Assembly (NCBI GenBank): GCA_023150835.1
Contig: JAKLKB010000079.1
Location: 1 to 40,000 of the forward strand
Origin: Myxococcota bacterium
GTDB lineage: Bacteria > Myxococcota_C > UBA6777
DNA: 40,000 bases
Direction of reading: 5' to 3'
Below, one piece after another: positions 27,678 to 40,000 of the stretch (the stretch's first letter is position 1; each line of letters begins with the position of its first letter). Under the pieces are notes generated by a model. The model searched no databases and was not told where the DNA came from. It worked only from the letters and a program-made list of their open reading frames with translations. A program made the translations under genes and the position numbers.

Positions 27678-29249
27678 ATGCAAGGCGAATCGATCGTTGC
27701 AGAGGTCTTGGTGCTTGGGAGTGGGATCGCGGGCGCAACAACAGCGCTGCAACTGGCGGATGCAGGGGTCGATGTGTTGTTGGTGACACGCGCTCGTGAA
27801 CCCGAAGAGTCGAACACGTTTTATGCACAAGGTGGCATTATTTACGAAGGGAAGGGGGACTCCGCAGCGCTGTTGATCGAGGACTTGGAGCGTGCGGGAG
27901 CAGGGCATTGCAACCCCGAAGCTGTCGCGGTTTTGGCCGAGGAAGGGCCGCGTCTGGTGCGTGAGATATTGCTGGAAAAAGTCGGCGTACACTTCGATTT
28001 GACGGGTGATGGGGACTTGTCGTTGGTGCGCGAAGGCTCACATGCCGCGTCGCGGATCATTCACGCTGCCGATGCGACGGGAAAAGCTATCGAGATCGCG
28101 TTGTTGCAAAAGCTCAAGCAACACCCAAACATTCGGATCTTGAGCGCGCATACGGCTGTGGACTTGCTCACTCCGTCGCATCATTCGCGCAATCGTTTGG
28201 CGGTGTACGAGCCGCAAAGCTGCGTTGGGGCTTATGTCCTCGATCAAGCAGGGGATCGCGTCTTGACTTGCGTCGCCAAAAAAACGGTTTTGGCGACGGG
28301 GGGGCTTGGGCAGATCTTTTTGCGCACCACCAACCCCCAAGGATCACGCGGTGACGGCTTGGCGATGGCTTATCGCGCAGGGGCGCGTGTGATCAATGCC
28401 GAGTTTGTGCAGTTTCATCCCACCGCTTTTTATGCCCAAGATGCCGCTCAGTTCTTGATCTCGGAAGCTGTTCGTGGTGAGGGAGCCCGTCTGGTCGATG
28501 CCCACGGAGTCCCTTTTATGCAGCGCTACGACGAGGAATGGAAAGACCTTGCTCCCCGCGATGTGGTGGCCCGTAGCATCCACCGCGAGATGCTCCAACA
28601 CGCCATCCCCCACGTCTACCTCGACTTGCGCTCTTTTCTCGAACCTGAACACATCCTCAAGCATTTCCCCAACATCCACCAAAAAAGCCTGACCTTCGGC
28701 GTGGACATCACCAAAGATCTTGTTCCCGTCGTTCCTGCCGCGCATTACGCTTGCGGTGGTGTCTGGGTCGATATGTGGGGGCGTACCACGCTCCAACACC
28801 TGTACGCCGTCGGCGAAGTCTCTTGTACAGGGGTTCATGGAGCCAATCGCCTTGCGAGTGCCTCTCTTCTTGAAGCCCTCGTCTGGGGGGCTCGTGCTGC
28901 CGAGGATATCCTTGCAACATTGCCCCACGCCCGCTCCTCTCATCACGCTTCGATCCCTCCTTGGTCTTATCTTGGCGTCGATCCCCCTGACCCCGCCCTG
29001 ATCAGCCAAGATATGTCCTCGATCAAAAGCATCATGTGGAATTATGTGGGCCTCGTCCGTACCACCCAACGCCTCGAACGCGCCATCCGCGAACTGCGCA
29101 ACCTCGAAACGGAGATCGAAGAATTCTATCGCTCTGCACGCATCCAAGATAGCCTTCTCGGACTCCGAAATGCCGTCCGTACCGCCTTGATCGTCGCCCA
29201 ATCCGCTTGGGCCAATCGGCAAAGTATGGGCTGCCACTACCGCGAATAG
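27678..29249 (+). CDS. nadB: L-aspartate oxidase
   Basis: GSGIAG FAD motif, YAQGGI, LATGGLG, EFVQFHPT, SEAVRGEG, LAPRDVVAR and TGVHGANRLAS. Follows nadA. Confidence 0.97.
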   Translation: MQGESIVAEVLVLGSGIAGATTALQLADAGVDVLLVTRAREPEESNTFYAQGGIIYEGKGDSAALLIEDLERAGAGHCNPEAVAVLAEEGPRLVREILLEKVGVHFDLTGDGDLSLVREGSHAASRIIHAADATGKAIEIALLQKLKQHPNIRILSAHTAVDLLTPSHHSRNRLAVYEPQSCVGAYVLDQAGDRVLTCVAKKTVLATGGLGQIFLRTTNPQGSRGDGLAMAYRAGARVINAEFVQFHPTAFYAQDAAQFLISEAVRGEGARLVDAHGVPFMQRYDEEWKDLAPRDVVARSIHREMLQHAIPHVYLDLRSFLEPEHILKHFPNIHQKSLTFGVDITKDLVPVVPAAHYACGGVWVDMWGRTTLQHLYAVGEVSCTGVHGANRLASASLLEALVWGARAAEDILATLPHARSSHHASIPPWSYLGVDPPDPALISQDMSSIKSIMWNYVGLVRTTQRLERAIRELRNLETEIEEFYRSARIQDSLLGLRNAVRTALIVAQSAWANRQSMGCHYRE

Positions 29250-29272
29250 CCCCCCGCTGGTTTCGCTTTGGC

Positions 29273-31396
<2,124 letters not shown>

Positions 31397-31543
31397 TCAA
31401 GGCTTTCGGTGTAGCGCAATTGAGGCGGAGAAGCAAGGATGGGGGGTTGTGTCGGAGGGAAGGGGCGAAGAGACGCATGTTCTCTTGTGGCAAGGGAGTG
31501 TGATAGAAGGGGTGGGCTGTTCGAGAGCGAAGGAGAGAGCGAG

Positions 31544-32152
31544 ATGATCGGTCGTTTGCGCGGGAAAGTCTGGGAAAAGAAAGTGGATGCGGTGTTGTTG
31601 GATGTGGGTGGGGTGGGGTATGACGTGCAGATATCGTTGACGACGTACAATGATCTACCCGAAGAGGGGAAAGAGGCGGTGTTGTATATCCACACGCATG
31701 TACGGGAAGATCAGTTGGTGTTGATGGGATTTTCGACGCCCCAAGAGCGGGTGTTGTTTCGGCTGTTGTTGTTGGTGTCGGGGATCGGGCCACGGATGGG
31801 GTTGAATATCTTGAGCGGGATCACGCCGCCCGAGTTGGTGGATGCGTTGAAGCGGGGCTTGCATGTGCGGCTGACGGCGATCCCGGGGGTTGGGCAGAAA
31901 AAGGCCGAGCGGTTGGTGGTGGATCTGCGAGACAAGGTGATCGATCTGGATCTGGGTTGGGCCTCGGAAGAAACGAAGCAAGCGGATAAGGTCAAGGAGA
32001 CGACAGAAGACCTCAAGTCGGCGTTGTTGAATATGGGTTACAGAGCAGCCCAAGTGGAGCAAGTGGTGGGGCTGTTGCGCCGCGAGATCGAAGATGGCGT
32101 ATCCTTGGGCGAGTTGGTGCGCATCGGTTTGCAAAAGCTGACAAAAGGTTGA
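31544..32152 (+). CDS. ruvA: Holliday junction branch migration protein RuvA
   Basis: MIGRLRG, DVGGVGY, HTHVRED, VSGIGP, IPGVGQKKAERL, and SALLNMGY. Confidence 0.97.
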   Translation: MIGRLRGKVWEKKVDAVLLDVGGVGYDVQISLTTYNDLPEEGKEAVLYIHTHVREDQLVLMGFSTPQERVLFRLLLLVSGIGPRMGLNILSGITPPELVDALKRGLHVRLTAIPGVGQKKAERLVVDLRDKVIDLDLGWASEETKQADKVKETTEDLKSALLNMGYRAAQVEQVVGLLRREIEDGVSLGELVRIGLQKLTKG

Positions 32153-32288
32153 GGTTCGAGGCAAGGGCACAAAGAGCGAAGGGCTGAGGCACACCGACAC
32201 AAAGGTTTGAGGTTCGAGGCAAGCTGACAAAGGCCGAGGGGAAGGCCAAAGCAAGCAAGATCGGCGGGCGTCGCCGTAGGAGGTTGAG

Positions 32289-33353
32289 ATGGCAAAGTCA
32301 CAACAAGCGCAGCATGAAGCAGCGGTCGATCAAGGGCGATCGGTGTTGCAGCCTGTGGCGACACGAGAAGAGCGAGTGTTGGATCGGACGCTGCGTCCGC
32401 GATCATTTGACGACTATATTGGGCAGGATGAGTTGAAAGAGAACTTGCGGGTGTTTGTGGCAGCGGCGAAGCTACGGGGGGAACCATTGGATCACTTGCT
32501 GTTGTGCGGTCCGCCCGGGTTGGGGAAGACATCGATGGCGCGGTTGATCGCAGAAGAGTTGGGGGTAGGGATTCAGATCACGAGCGGTCCGGCGTTGGAG
32601 CGCAAGGGCGATTTGGCGGGTTTGCTGACGAACTTGCAGGCGCGGGATATCTTGTTTATCGACGAGATCCATCGGTTGAATGCGGTGGTGGAAGAGAACT
32701 TGTATCCGGCGATGGAGGACTTTGAATTTGATTATGTGGTGGGGGAAGGGCCGCATGCGCGGAGTTTGAAGTTGCCGTTGGCTCCGTTTACGTTGATTGG
32801 TGCGACGACACGGACGGGATTGTTGACGTCGCCGATGCGGGATCGCTTTGGGATCATCAGCCGCTTGCAATACTACAGCATGGAGGCATTGAAGCAGATC
32901 GTGCAGCGGAGCGCATCGCTGTTGGAGATCGAAGTGGAAGAGGGCGGAGCGACGGAGATCGGGAAGCGAGCGCGAGGAACGCCGCGTATCGCGAATCGAT
33001 TGTTGCGGAGGGTGCGAGACTTTGCGCAAGTGAAAGGTCAAGGCAGCATCAACCAAGAGATCGCGGATCATGCGTTGTGGCGTTTGGGGATCGATGCGTT
33101 GGGTTTGGACGCGATGGATAGGCGTCTTTTGTTGACAATTGTCGAGAAATTTGACGGTGGACCCGTAGGGGTGGAGAGTTTGGCTGCAGCGGTAGGTGAA
33201 GAGGCTGGAACGATTGAGGATGTGTATGAACCGTTTTTGATCCAGCAAGGTCTATTGCAGCGGACCCCACGGGGTCGTGTGGTGACACGCGGCGGCTTGG
33301 CGCATATCGAGAAAGAGACCGTCACAGCAGGACAACAAGCCATGTTGTTCTAG
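32289..33353 (+). CDS. ruvB: Holliday junction branch migration helicase RuvB
   Basis: [48 protein letters not shown], and RTPRGR. Confidence 0.98.
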   Translation: MAKSQQAQHEAAVDQGRSVLQPVATREERVLDRTLRPRSFDDYIGQDELKENLRVFVAAAKLRGEPLDHLLLCGPPGLGKTSMARLIAEELGVGIQITSGPALERKGDLAGLLTNLQARDILFIDEIHRLNAVVEENLYPAMEDFEFDYVVGEGPHARSLKLPLAPFTLIGATTRTGLLTSPMRDRFGIISRLQYYSMEALKQIVQRSASLLEIEVEEGGATEIGKRARGTPRIANRLLRRVRDFAQVKGQGSINQEIADHALWRLGIDALGLDAMDRRLLLTIVEKFDGGPVGVESLAAAVGEEAGTIEDVYEPFLIQQGLLQRTPRGRVVTRGGLAHIEKETVTAGQQAMLF

Positions 33354-33518
33354 GCGGATGGGCGCAAACGTGCGGAGGTCGAAGCCAGCGTCAAACACAC
33401 GATCCTTCTTTGACTTGGAGAAAGAGAGATCGCAAAAAGCACAGACAGCAGAGGGCCGTTTTGTGAACGGAAGGCTCGGTTGGTTCGGCTTTTGAGGGTC
33501 GGATGGAGGATTTTGGTG

Positions 33519-34211
33519 ATGGTACAGAAGATGTGGCAACAACGACCTCGCCCGCAGTGGAGTGTGGCGATGGGAGCGGTGATGTTTCTCGTGGCATGTG
33601 CGTTATCGGGTTGTGCGACGACACCGCCTGTGCGTCAACAAGAAGGGTTGGATCTGGGGAGCCATCGTTTGACGGTGTATTGGTTGGCGCAAGAGACCAA
33701 GCGTCGTCGTCAGGTGGCGTTGTACAAGCAGAATCGGCGTTGGATGTGGGTTTCGCAGCGATTTGCGTCATCGTTGCGGATACAAGGGACAGGGCGGTTG
33801 AGGGATGGGCGTTTGGTGCAGTATGCGGGTCCGTGTAGGCCGTCGGGAGATCGTTGTATGGTGGTGAGACAGATCGATCGGCGGTTGTTTCCGATGGGGG
33901 TGGGGGCATCGGGGATGCCGTTGGCGGCGTTTCGTTCGGTGGCGGTGGATACAGCGCGCATACCGTTGGGGACGCGGTTGTATATTCCTGCGGTGCGGCG
34001 ATTGTTGCGAAAGGCGGGCGTTCCGCATCATGGTTGTTTTTTGGCGGATGATCGGGGTGGGCGGATCAAGGGAGCGAGAATCGACTTGTTTGTGGGGAAC
34101 CGCGCCTTATTTGAGCGTTATTTAGGGGAGCGGATGCCGCGTGATGTGCGGGTGTATACGCGCCATCCTCGATGTGAGCGATTGCCCGAACGCTCGGTCG
34201 CCAAACGATAA
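33519..34211 (+). CDS. 3D (Asp-Asp-Asp) domain lipoprotein, putative MltA-like lytic transglycosylase
   Basis: Lipobox ALSGC. SVAVDTARIPLGTRLYIP...ADDRGGRIKGARIDLFVG is the 3D-domain signature. Confidence 0.85.
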   Translation: MVQKMWQQRPRPQWSVAMGAVMFLVACALSGCATTPPVRQQEGLDLGSHRLTVYWLAQETKRRRQVALYKQNRRWMWVSQRFASSLRIQGTGRLRDGRLVQYAGPCRPSGDRCMVVRQIDRRLFPMGVGASGMPLAAFRSVAVDTARIPLGTRLYIPAVRRLLRKAGVPHHGCFLADDRGGRIKGARIDLFVGNRALFERYLGERMPRDVRVYTRHPRCERLPERSVAKR

Positions 34212-34326
34212 TACGAAATCCGCCTGTAGTGTGATCGTTAAAGATGTAGGGGCAGACAGGTGTGGCTGCCCGATCACAGGGTGTCTCCGCGCCCATCTTC
34301 GATAACACATCTCGCGGATATCGTAT
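34211..34326 (+). mobile_element. Family D MITE copy (116 bp) abutting the stop codon of the 3D-domain gene
   Basis: ATACGAAATCCG...GTAGGGGCAGACAGGTGTGGCTGCCC...CGGATATCGTAT. Confidence 0.8.
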
Positions 34327-34545
34327 AAGGCCCGCCTTGGCGTCTGTTTTGGGTGGTGAGTGCATCGTGCTTGACAGGTGTGTGGTCCTGTCGCAATATC
34401 CCGCATGTTTTTTCAGAGCTTGCCTGCGCTTGGCGTGGTTTCGTGCGTTGTGTTCGGTGTATTCGAGACTTGGAGGCAGGGACACGGAGCAAAAGAAACT
34501 GCGCGAGGTCGGTCTGTTAACGTTAGCCATGACGAGGTTCGTGCG

Positions 34546-36183
34546 ATGTCGATGCAAGATGTACTCAAGAAGATCAACAAAGATCCAAAACTCAAGCAGG
34601 CGATGGAGACGTTGCAACTCAACGAAAAGAGCTTTCGGTTTTTGCCGATCTTTCCGTTGATTTATGTAGCGTGGGCGGATGGTTCGTTTCAAGAGAAAGA
34701 GATGGAAAAGATCCTTGAGATCGTGGAAGAAAACGGTCTGATGAACGCGGATGGCGCGGGGATCTTGAAGGTGTGGTTGGATCGCAATCAACGTCCGTCG
34801 GATGAGTTTTTTGTGAGCGGCTTGCGTTTGGTGGCTGCCGTGTTGAAGCACATCCGTCCTGAGCACAAAGGAAACTTGTTGCATCTGTGTGAGGTGGTGG
34901 CGGATTCTTCGGGCGGAGTGGGCGGTGTCGGTCGAGTGAGCAGCGAAGAGCGCAAAGCGATGGGACAGATCGCGGAGTTGTTGGGCGTGGGAGATGAGAA
35001 AGCGCTGGATCGGATGCTCGAAAAGATGCGTCACGAGCTTTCTCCCGAAGAGTTGGAGTGGTCTCCCACCCAAGTGAGTCCGAAGTGGATCGCGATCAAC
35101 GCGGTGATGGCGTCGTTGGTGACGGGTGGCGTGTTTTTTGGTTTGTCGCGTTGGTATGGGGAATTTGTGGTTAGCGAAGGTCATAACTTTATCTTTTTGA
35201 TGGCCGCGCTGATCCTTCCGCAGGTCGGTTTCTTTTTGGGCAGTATGTTGACGGCGCGCCTGAGTACGGGCAACACCGCTCGCGAAGGTGTGTTTGGGAC
35301 AGCGGTGGCGATCATCGCCGCTTCGTTGATTGGGGTGTTCTTTTTGGGAGCGACCTCCAAGAAATACGCAGGCTACAACGTGGTGGAGCCAGATCCGCTG
35401 TTGTTTCCGTTGTGTTCGGCCACCAAAGTGACGGGCCAGCGATGTTTGCGTCTGGAGGACAACGGGGGCAAAAAGATCTGTCGCTTGATGAAGGATCACC
35501 AAGCCGATCCAAAGAAAGAGCGACTGGGCCGTCGTCATCGCGACTGGTTCCCTTCCGAAGATTGCAAACAAGACAGCCAATCGAAGGATCTGTATCAAGT
35601 GAGTTTGCGCCCCGAACGTGTCTTGTCCAAGGGCTACTATCCGTTGTGTTCAGAGTCCGATGATGCGACACAGCCTTGTATCCGCGTGGGCGCAATCGAA
35701 GATCGCGCCAACATGTACTGCCGTGTGATGCCCAACAAAAATGCAGAACTCAGCAAAGTCGCAAAAGGCGAGAAGTTCAAGGATTGGTTCCCTGCGCCGC
35801 GTTATTGTCGAGCGTTGTTTGCGCGGGTCTACAAAGTCTGGCGCAAGGACGGCGCAGCGACGAGCTTTGCGGGCTTCTATCCGTTGTGCAGTGATGTCTC
35901 GGGAGCCAACCAACCGTGCCTCTACCACAAGCGCCGCCCCCAACCCGGTCAGGCCCTTGGCGAATCAGTTTGTGTGGTGTCGGATAGTCCGACGATTCCG
36001 CGAGATGATATCAAGCTTGCAGAACAACCCTACGAAAACTGGTACCCCCAAGATCTGTGCAAAGAAACCGAAGGCACAACCTTCTTTTATGTGTTGTTTG
36101 CTTTCTTTGGGTTTGCGATCACAGCCTTCTTTGCGTCTTACTTTGGCGGATGGGTGGGCGAACGCTGGCAAGGAACTGTTTGA
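34546..36183 (+). CDS. Membrane protein: TerB-like N-terminal domain, ~3 TM helices, three Cys-rich repeats, C-terminal TM
   Basis: VAWADG...EKE and VADSSGG...GRVSSEERKAM resemble TerB-like signatures. Three PLCS...C...C...W(F/Y)P...C repeats. Start taken at ATG 34546 after GAGG. Confidence 0.75.
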   Translation: MSMQDVLKKINKDPKLKQAMETLQLNEKSFRFLPIFPLIYVAWADGSFQEKEMEKILEIVEENGLMNADGAGILKVWLDRNQRPSDEFFVSGLRLVAAVLKHIRPEHKGNLLHLCEVVADSSGGVGGVGRVSSEERKAMGQIAELLGVGDEKALDRMLEKMRHELSPEELEWSPTQVSPKWIAINAVMASLVTGGVFFGLSRWYGEFVVSEGHNFIFLMAALILPQVGFFLGSMLTARLSTGNTAREGVFGTAVAIIAASLIGVFFLGATSKKYAGYNVVEPDPLLFPLCSATKVTGQRCLRLEDNGGKKICRLMKDHQADPKKERLGRRHRDWFPSEDCKQDSQSKDLYQVSLRPERVLSKGYYPLCSESDDATQPCIRVGAIEDRANMYCRVMPNKNAELSKVAKGEKFKDWFPAPRYCRALFARVYKVWRKDGAATSFAGFYPLCSDVSGANQPCLYHKRRPQPGQALGESVCVVSDSPTIPRDDIKLAEQPYENWYPQDLCKETEGTTFFYVLFAFFGFAITAFFASYFGGWVGERWQGTV

Positions 36184-36301
36184 AGTTCATTCGTTGCGGG
36201 GACTTTTTGTTGGGCAAGGGACGGCTTTTTTCAAAAAGTGAACAACATCTTCACCCACGCCAAGCTACGCTCCGCACTTGAGGTGTTGCGCCTGTCAGAC
36301 C

Positions 36302-36526
36302 AAATCCGCCCGTTGTGTGATCGCCATACGAAATCCGCAGGGCGCGATCGTAAAAATGTAGGAGCAGACAGGTGTGGCTGCCCAAGAATCGGGCGTCTTC
36401 GCACTATCCTTGGCTGTGTACATCACTCGGATATCGTATAAAGAGGTAGGGGCAGACAGGTGTGGCTGCCCAAGAATCGGGCGTCTACGCACTATCCTTG
36501 GCTGTGTGCATCACTCGGATATCGTA
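36302..36526 (+). mobile_element. Family D MITE (36326-36439) with a partial tandem duplicate
   Basis: ATACGAAATCCG...CGGATATCGTAT. The GTAGG(A/G)GCAGACAGGTGTGGCTGCCCAAGAATCGGGCGTC segment occurs twice. Confidence 0.85.
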
Positions 36527-36685
36527 GAAGTCGCGAAGAGGCGTTTGCCGCCTGTGATACACAGGTCTTGTGCGAAGTTCTTGCATGAGGACGCGCTGTT
36601 GAAGTAAGATGCGCCTTTTCGTCTTACAAAAGCGTGTGGAGTTTTAAGAGATCGAACGCATCGCTCGACAAAATATTTTGGAGAT

Positions 36686-36771
36686 CAGACGAACCATCGG
36701 ACGAAACGATCCGAGAACAGACCAGACGAACCATCGGATGAAACGATCCGAGAACAGACCAGACGAACCAT
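36686..36771. repeat. 37-bp tandem repeat, ~2.3 units
   Basis: CAGACGAACCATCGGA(C/T)GAAACGATCCGAGAACAGAC at 36686 and 36723, partial at 36760. Confidence 0.85.
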
Positions 36772-36900
36772 TTGAGAAACCAGATCATCGCTGCGATAGT
36801 TGGACCGACGATAGAGACTCGCCTCAAGTGATAGCATCCAAAAGAATATCTTCCTTGTTCGACGAAGCGATACGTTTTTGAGCAGGAAAGGGAATCCGTT

Positions 36901-39621
36901 GTGTGGGAGATAGAAAAGGAGTTGTTGAGGGCATGCGAGCGCCTGATCCAGCAGGGCGCGTTGCAAGAGGGGTCTTTTCTTGCGGCGCGTGCGATCCAAG
37001 ACGTCAACGGAGAAGATCTCGGATTGATCTTGGAGCGGATGGGTGGGGTGTCAAGCGAGACGTTGCAGATGACCCTTGCCGAGCGATGGGGATGTCGGTT
37101 TTTGTCGGACGAACAAGTGATGCTGTTGTGGGAAGAAGCCGCGATCCAACCGCCCCGACAAGTGGCGCTGGCTTGGATGCGGCAAGGCCGATTTGTGCCG
37201 TTGCGCTTCGCAAATGGCTCGCTGTCGCTGTTGGTGTGGCGGCCCTTGTCGGAGGCGACGCAAATGAGGCTGTGTGAGGCGGTGGGCTGCGCTCACCTCG
37301 AATACATCTTGATCTCCTCGTATGCGTTGGGGGCGCTCCTCGAACGCTTAGAACCCGGGAAAGAAGAGATGTCGATCACTTCGGGGGAATTGGATGTGAT
37401 CGTGCCTGCGGAGCAGAGCCTTGGGTCCACAGAACGGCCTGTGGGATTGCAGATCGGCTCTTCTTTGGGGATGGGATCGTCCTCCTTGACTCAAGGACTG
37501 CCTGTGGTGCGGACGATCTCTTCGGACGATCTGTTGCCTTCGGCCAAAGAACCGACGATGCTGGATTCTCTCGATCACAACGCCAAAGAAGGGGCCTCTC
37601 AAAGCTTGAGCGATCTGATCGCAGCCCCCGAAGATCTAAGCGGTGATGCTTTGCCTCGCGCCTCGGGTGGATCGGGTGATGCGTTGCCCCGTACTGCGGG
37701 TGGATCGGGTGATGCGTTGCCCCGTACTGCGGGTGGATCGGGTGATGCGTTGCCCCGTACTGCGGGTGGATCGGGTGATGCGTTGCCTCGTACTGCGGGT
37801 GGATCGGGTGATGCTTTTCCTTTGGGTTTGGGTATGGAGGTGCCCAACGCCGCCGCGCCGTTCAACACCAAGCAACAATCGGATTCATCGGAGCGTTTGG
37901 GTTCTGCTGCGTCGTCCTCAGACAAGCGAACGATCCCTCCGCCCTCGTTTTCTTCGCCTGCTGCGGAGAAATCTCCGCATCAACTGCTCGTGACGAATCC
38001 GATGTCTTTGGTGTCACCGGGGCCTTTGGCGACCATGTCGCTGGATACGATCTCGGGGCGGAAAAAATCTCCGCTCGATCCGATGACCTTTTTGGAAGAG
38101 ATGGCATTGCCTGCCGCGCCGACATCTTCTGCGAGGATTCTCTCTTCTGCGGCAAGCCAAATAACGCAACGCACAGAACCCAAGACATCGCAGAGTTCGG
38201 AGCTTCTGTCGGCTTCTTCGATCCGTTCTCGCAGCGAAAGCGGCGATGTGGCGTTTTTTGGTGCGGCGACGCCGCGTGGTGTGTTGATGCAAGGCGCAAA
38301 GCAAAAGTCGGGAGGGGCGTTGGTGATCGGAGGTTTGGAGCGCTCGACGTTGGGGGGGATACCGACGTTGTCTTCGGCTTCTGCGCCGATCGATCCGCTG
38401 GCATTGTTGCCAAAAGCTGATCCCTCTGAGCGTTCAAAAGAAGCTTCGGCCTTTTTTGACGAAGCCGTGAACAGCGCGGTGGCAGGGCGAGAACAAGCCC
38501 AAGCTTGGCTTTCTTCTGAGCAGGTCGCCGTTTCTTCGGATGCGTTGGAGGCGATCGGATCGAAAGGAGAGATCCGTAAACAACCTGTGGGTTCGGTGTA
38601 TACGCCTGAATCCTTGGACTCTTTGGAGGCTTCCCGTCCTTACAAAAACACCAACGCCCAAGCCGATGCGACCGAGGCTCCGACTTCTGCGGATCTGATT
38701 TGGGCGAGCCAAATCAAACCAATGTTCGTCGAAGAAGAACCCACCTCGGTCGACAACGAACCGCTCTTTCCACAAGAAGCCAAGCGGCGTGCTGCACAAA
38801 AAGATACCAACACACAACCTCCACAGATCCCCCACCCATCGACGCAATCGGCCACAGATGAGACTCTCGACCCACACCGCAACGCGCAATCGGTCACACA
38901 CGAGACTCCTGCATCGCATCGCATCAAGCTTTCAGAGGCCGCAGACGATCCCAAGCCATTGATGCGGACAGGGCGGGATTATCGCACCCTTCCTGTGGGA
39001 GTTGTGCCGTCTTTGATCCGCAGCCTCGAACAGGAAGAACCAAGCTTTGCCCTGTTTGAGCGCGATCCTCGTGGTGCGGAAACCGCCCGCGCCAAACTGC
39101 CCTCACGCGCACGACACGCGGAAAAAGAAGAACCCTCCGCCCCGTCAAGTCAAGCTTCTCCGTCTGGAAAGCTCGAATCATCCGAGGCGATCGAACCCCG
39201 TCCGCGCATTCCAAGTTCTAGCGCACTCAAGCCCGTCCCTTCGCGAACGAACGTGCTGTTGTTGCGCATCGGCATGGCCCTCGGGATCGTCGTTGTTTTG
39301 AGCCTTGGTTTGTGGTATTTCTTGTTGCGCAATCAGTCGGAAAATGCCTATAATACGGACGAACCATCGACAAAGCGTTCTTCCCAAGAAACCCCTCCAA
39401 ACGTCGATCCCTCGCCACCCAATTCCACAAGAACCTCTGTTCCGACTCGATCTGCTGTGGCGTTGCCTCCCGCACAGCGCCTTCCCGCTCAAGCCTCCCC
39501 TCGCAAAAAACCCGAAGAGGCCCATCCAACTCCCACCCTTCCACGCGAAGAACAAGAATCGTTGTGGCGTTGGGACCCCCAACAAGGAAAGCTGGTTCCG
39601 AAACGCCCCGAACCTCGGTAA
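36901..39621 (+). CDS. Large protein: N-terminal MshEN/T2SSE_N-like domain, long Ser/Pro/Ala-rich disordered region, single C-terminal TM
   Basis: RLIQQGAL...DLGLILERMGGVSSETLQMTLAE...FVPLRFANGSLSLLV pattern. 11-aa GSGDALPRTAG repeats. TM IGMALGIVVVLSLGLWYFLL. GTG start follows AGGAAAGGGA. Confidence 0.7.
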   Translation: MWEIEKELLRACERLIQQGALQEGSFLAARAIQDVNGEDLGLILERMGGVSSETLQMTLAERWGCRFLSDEQVMLLWEEAAIQPPRQVALAWMRQGRFVPLRFANGSLSLLVWRPLSEATQMRLCEAVGCAHLEYILISSYALGALLERLEPGKEEMSITSGELDVIVPAEQSLGSTERPVGLQIGSSLGMGSSSLTQGLPVVRTISSDDLLPSAKEPTMLDSLDHNAKEGASQSLSDLIAAPEDLSGDALPRASGGSGDALPRTAGGSGDALPRTAGGSGDALPRTAGGSGDALPRTAGGSGDAFPLGLGMEVPNAAAPFNTKQQSDSSERLGSAASSSDKRTIPPPSFSSPAAEKSPHQLLVTNPMSLVSPGPLATMSLDTISGRKKSPLDPMTFLEEMALPAAPTSSARILSSAASQITQRTEPKTSQSSELLSASSIRSRSESGDVAFFGAATPRGVLMQGAKQKSGGALVIGGLERSTLGGIPTLSSASAPIDPLALLPKADPSERSKEASAFFDEAVNSAVAGREQAQAWLSSEQVAVSSDALEAIGSKGEIRKQPVGSVYTPESLDSLEASRPYKNTNAQADATEAPTSADLIWASQIKPMFVEEEPTSVDNEPLFPQEAKRRAAQKDTNTQPPQIPHPSTQSATDETLDPHRNAQSVTHETPASHRIKLSEAADDPKPLMRTGRDYRTLPVGVVPSLIRSLEQEEPSFALFERDPRGAETARAKLPSRARHAEKEEPSAPSSQASPSGKLESSEAIEPRPRIPSSSALKPVPSRTNVLLLRIGMALGIVVVLSLGLWYFLLRNQSENAYNTDEPSTKRSSQETPPNVDPSPPNSTRTSVPTRSAVALPPAQRLPAQASPRKKPEEAHPTPTLPREEQESLWRWDPQQGKLVPKRPEPR

Positions 39622-39683
39622 AAAACGCGCAAGAGCGTCGCGCTTCATCGACCGCCGAAAAAAGAAAGGAGGCGGCATAGTGA

Positions 39684-40000
39684 CCAAAAAACCCCGTGTT
39701 TGCGCCCGTTGCGAGCGACAGTACCGTCGGTTTGAAGAACGGTGATCTCTTCGCCAACGTGGGGTCAAGGGGCCTTCGGTCCCTTGCGGGGCGTGGGGCG
39801 GTGCCCCATACGCGCCTTGTTAATGTGGAAACATCGTAGAGTCGGTCTTGATCGCCTTTTTTTTTCTACCCCCCCTCAATCCCCCCGTGAACGGGGGGAA
39901 GTTGGAACGGGCAGCGTCTGCGTCTCGTGCAAACAGCGTGCGTCATGAAAAAACAAAATCCCCGCTGCTTCCGACTTTCGCTCCCTCCCCTGTTCACGGG
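39684..40000. repeat. Composite repeat (family A plus module B), inverted copy of bases 1-323, truncated at window end
   Basis: Reverse complement of ~39868-40000 matches ~8-140 almost exactly, and the remainder aligns with 140-323. Confidence 0.9.

Overview
Bacterial chromosomal segment, roughly 55% GC by eye. Hanks-type kinases, TPR/PEGA-like proteins, Cys-rich lipoproteins and an MshEN-like protein suggest a Myxococcota/deltaproteobacterial-type organism (inference). Housekeeping genes: lipA, rpmH-rnpA-yidD-yidC-jag-like, pcnB, nadA-nadB, ligA, ruvA-ruvB. Regulators: an NtrC-type response regulator, a Crp/Fnr protein and two Ser/Thr kinases. Several secreted or membrane proteins have no clear function. 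I see no transposase, integrase, cas gene, tRNA or rRNA. The intergenic DNA is dense with repeats. Family A is a ~130-nt hairpin-rich element with covarying stems (5 copies); composite A+B copies sit inverted at both window ends. Family D is a ~115-bp MITE-like element with ATACGA(A/T)ATCCG inverted ends and an internal GTAG-type REP hairpin (at least 7 copies). There are also unrelated tandem arrays with 21, 26, 33, 37, 41 and 72-bp units, some copying gene 3' ends. The most unusual proteins are a TerB-like membrane protein with three unrecognised Cys repeats, a secreted 24-Cys Cx10C 'ladder' protein, and a Jag/EloR-position protein with an IF2_N-like N-terminus. No complete new system can be proven from sequence alone.
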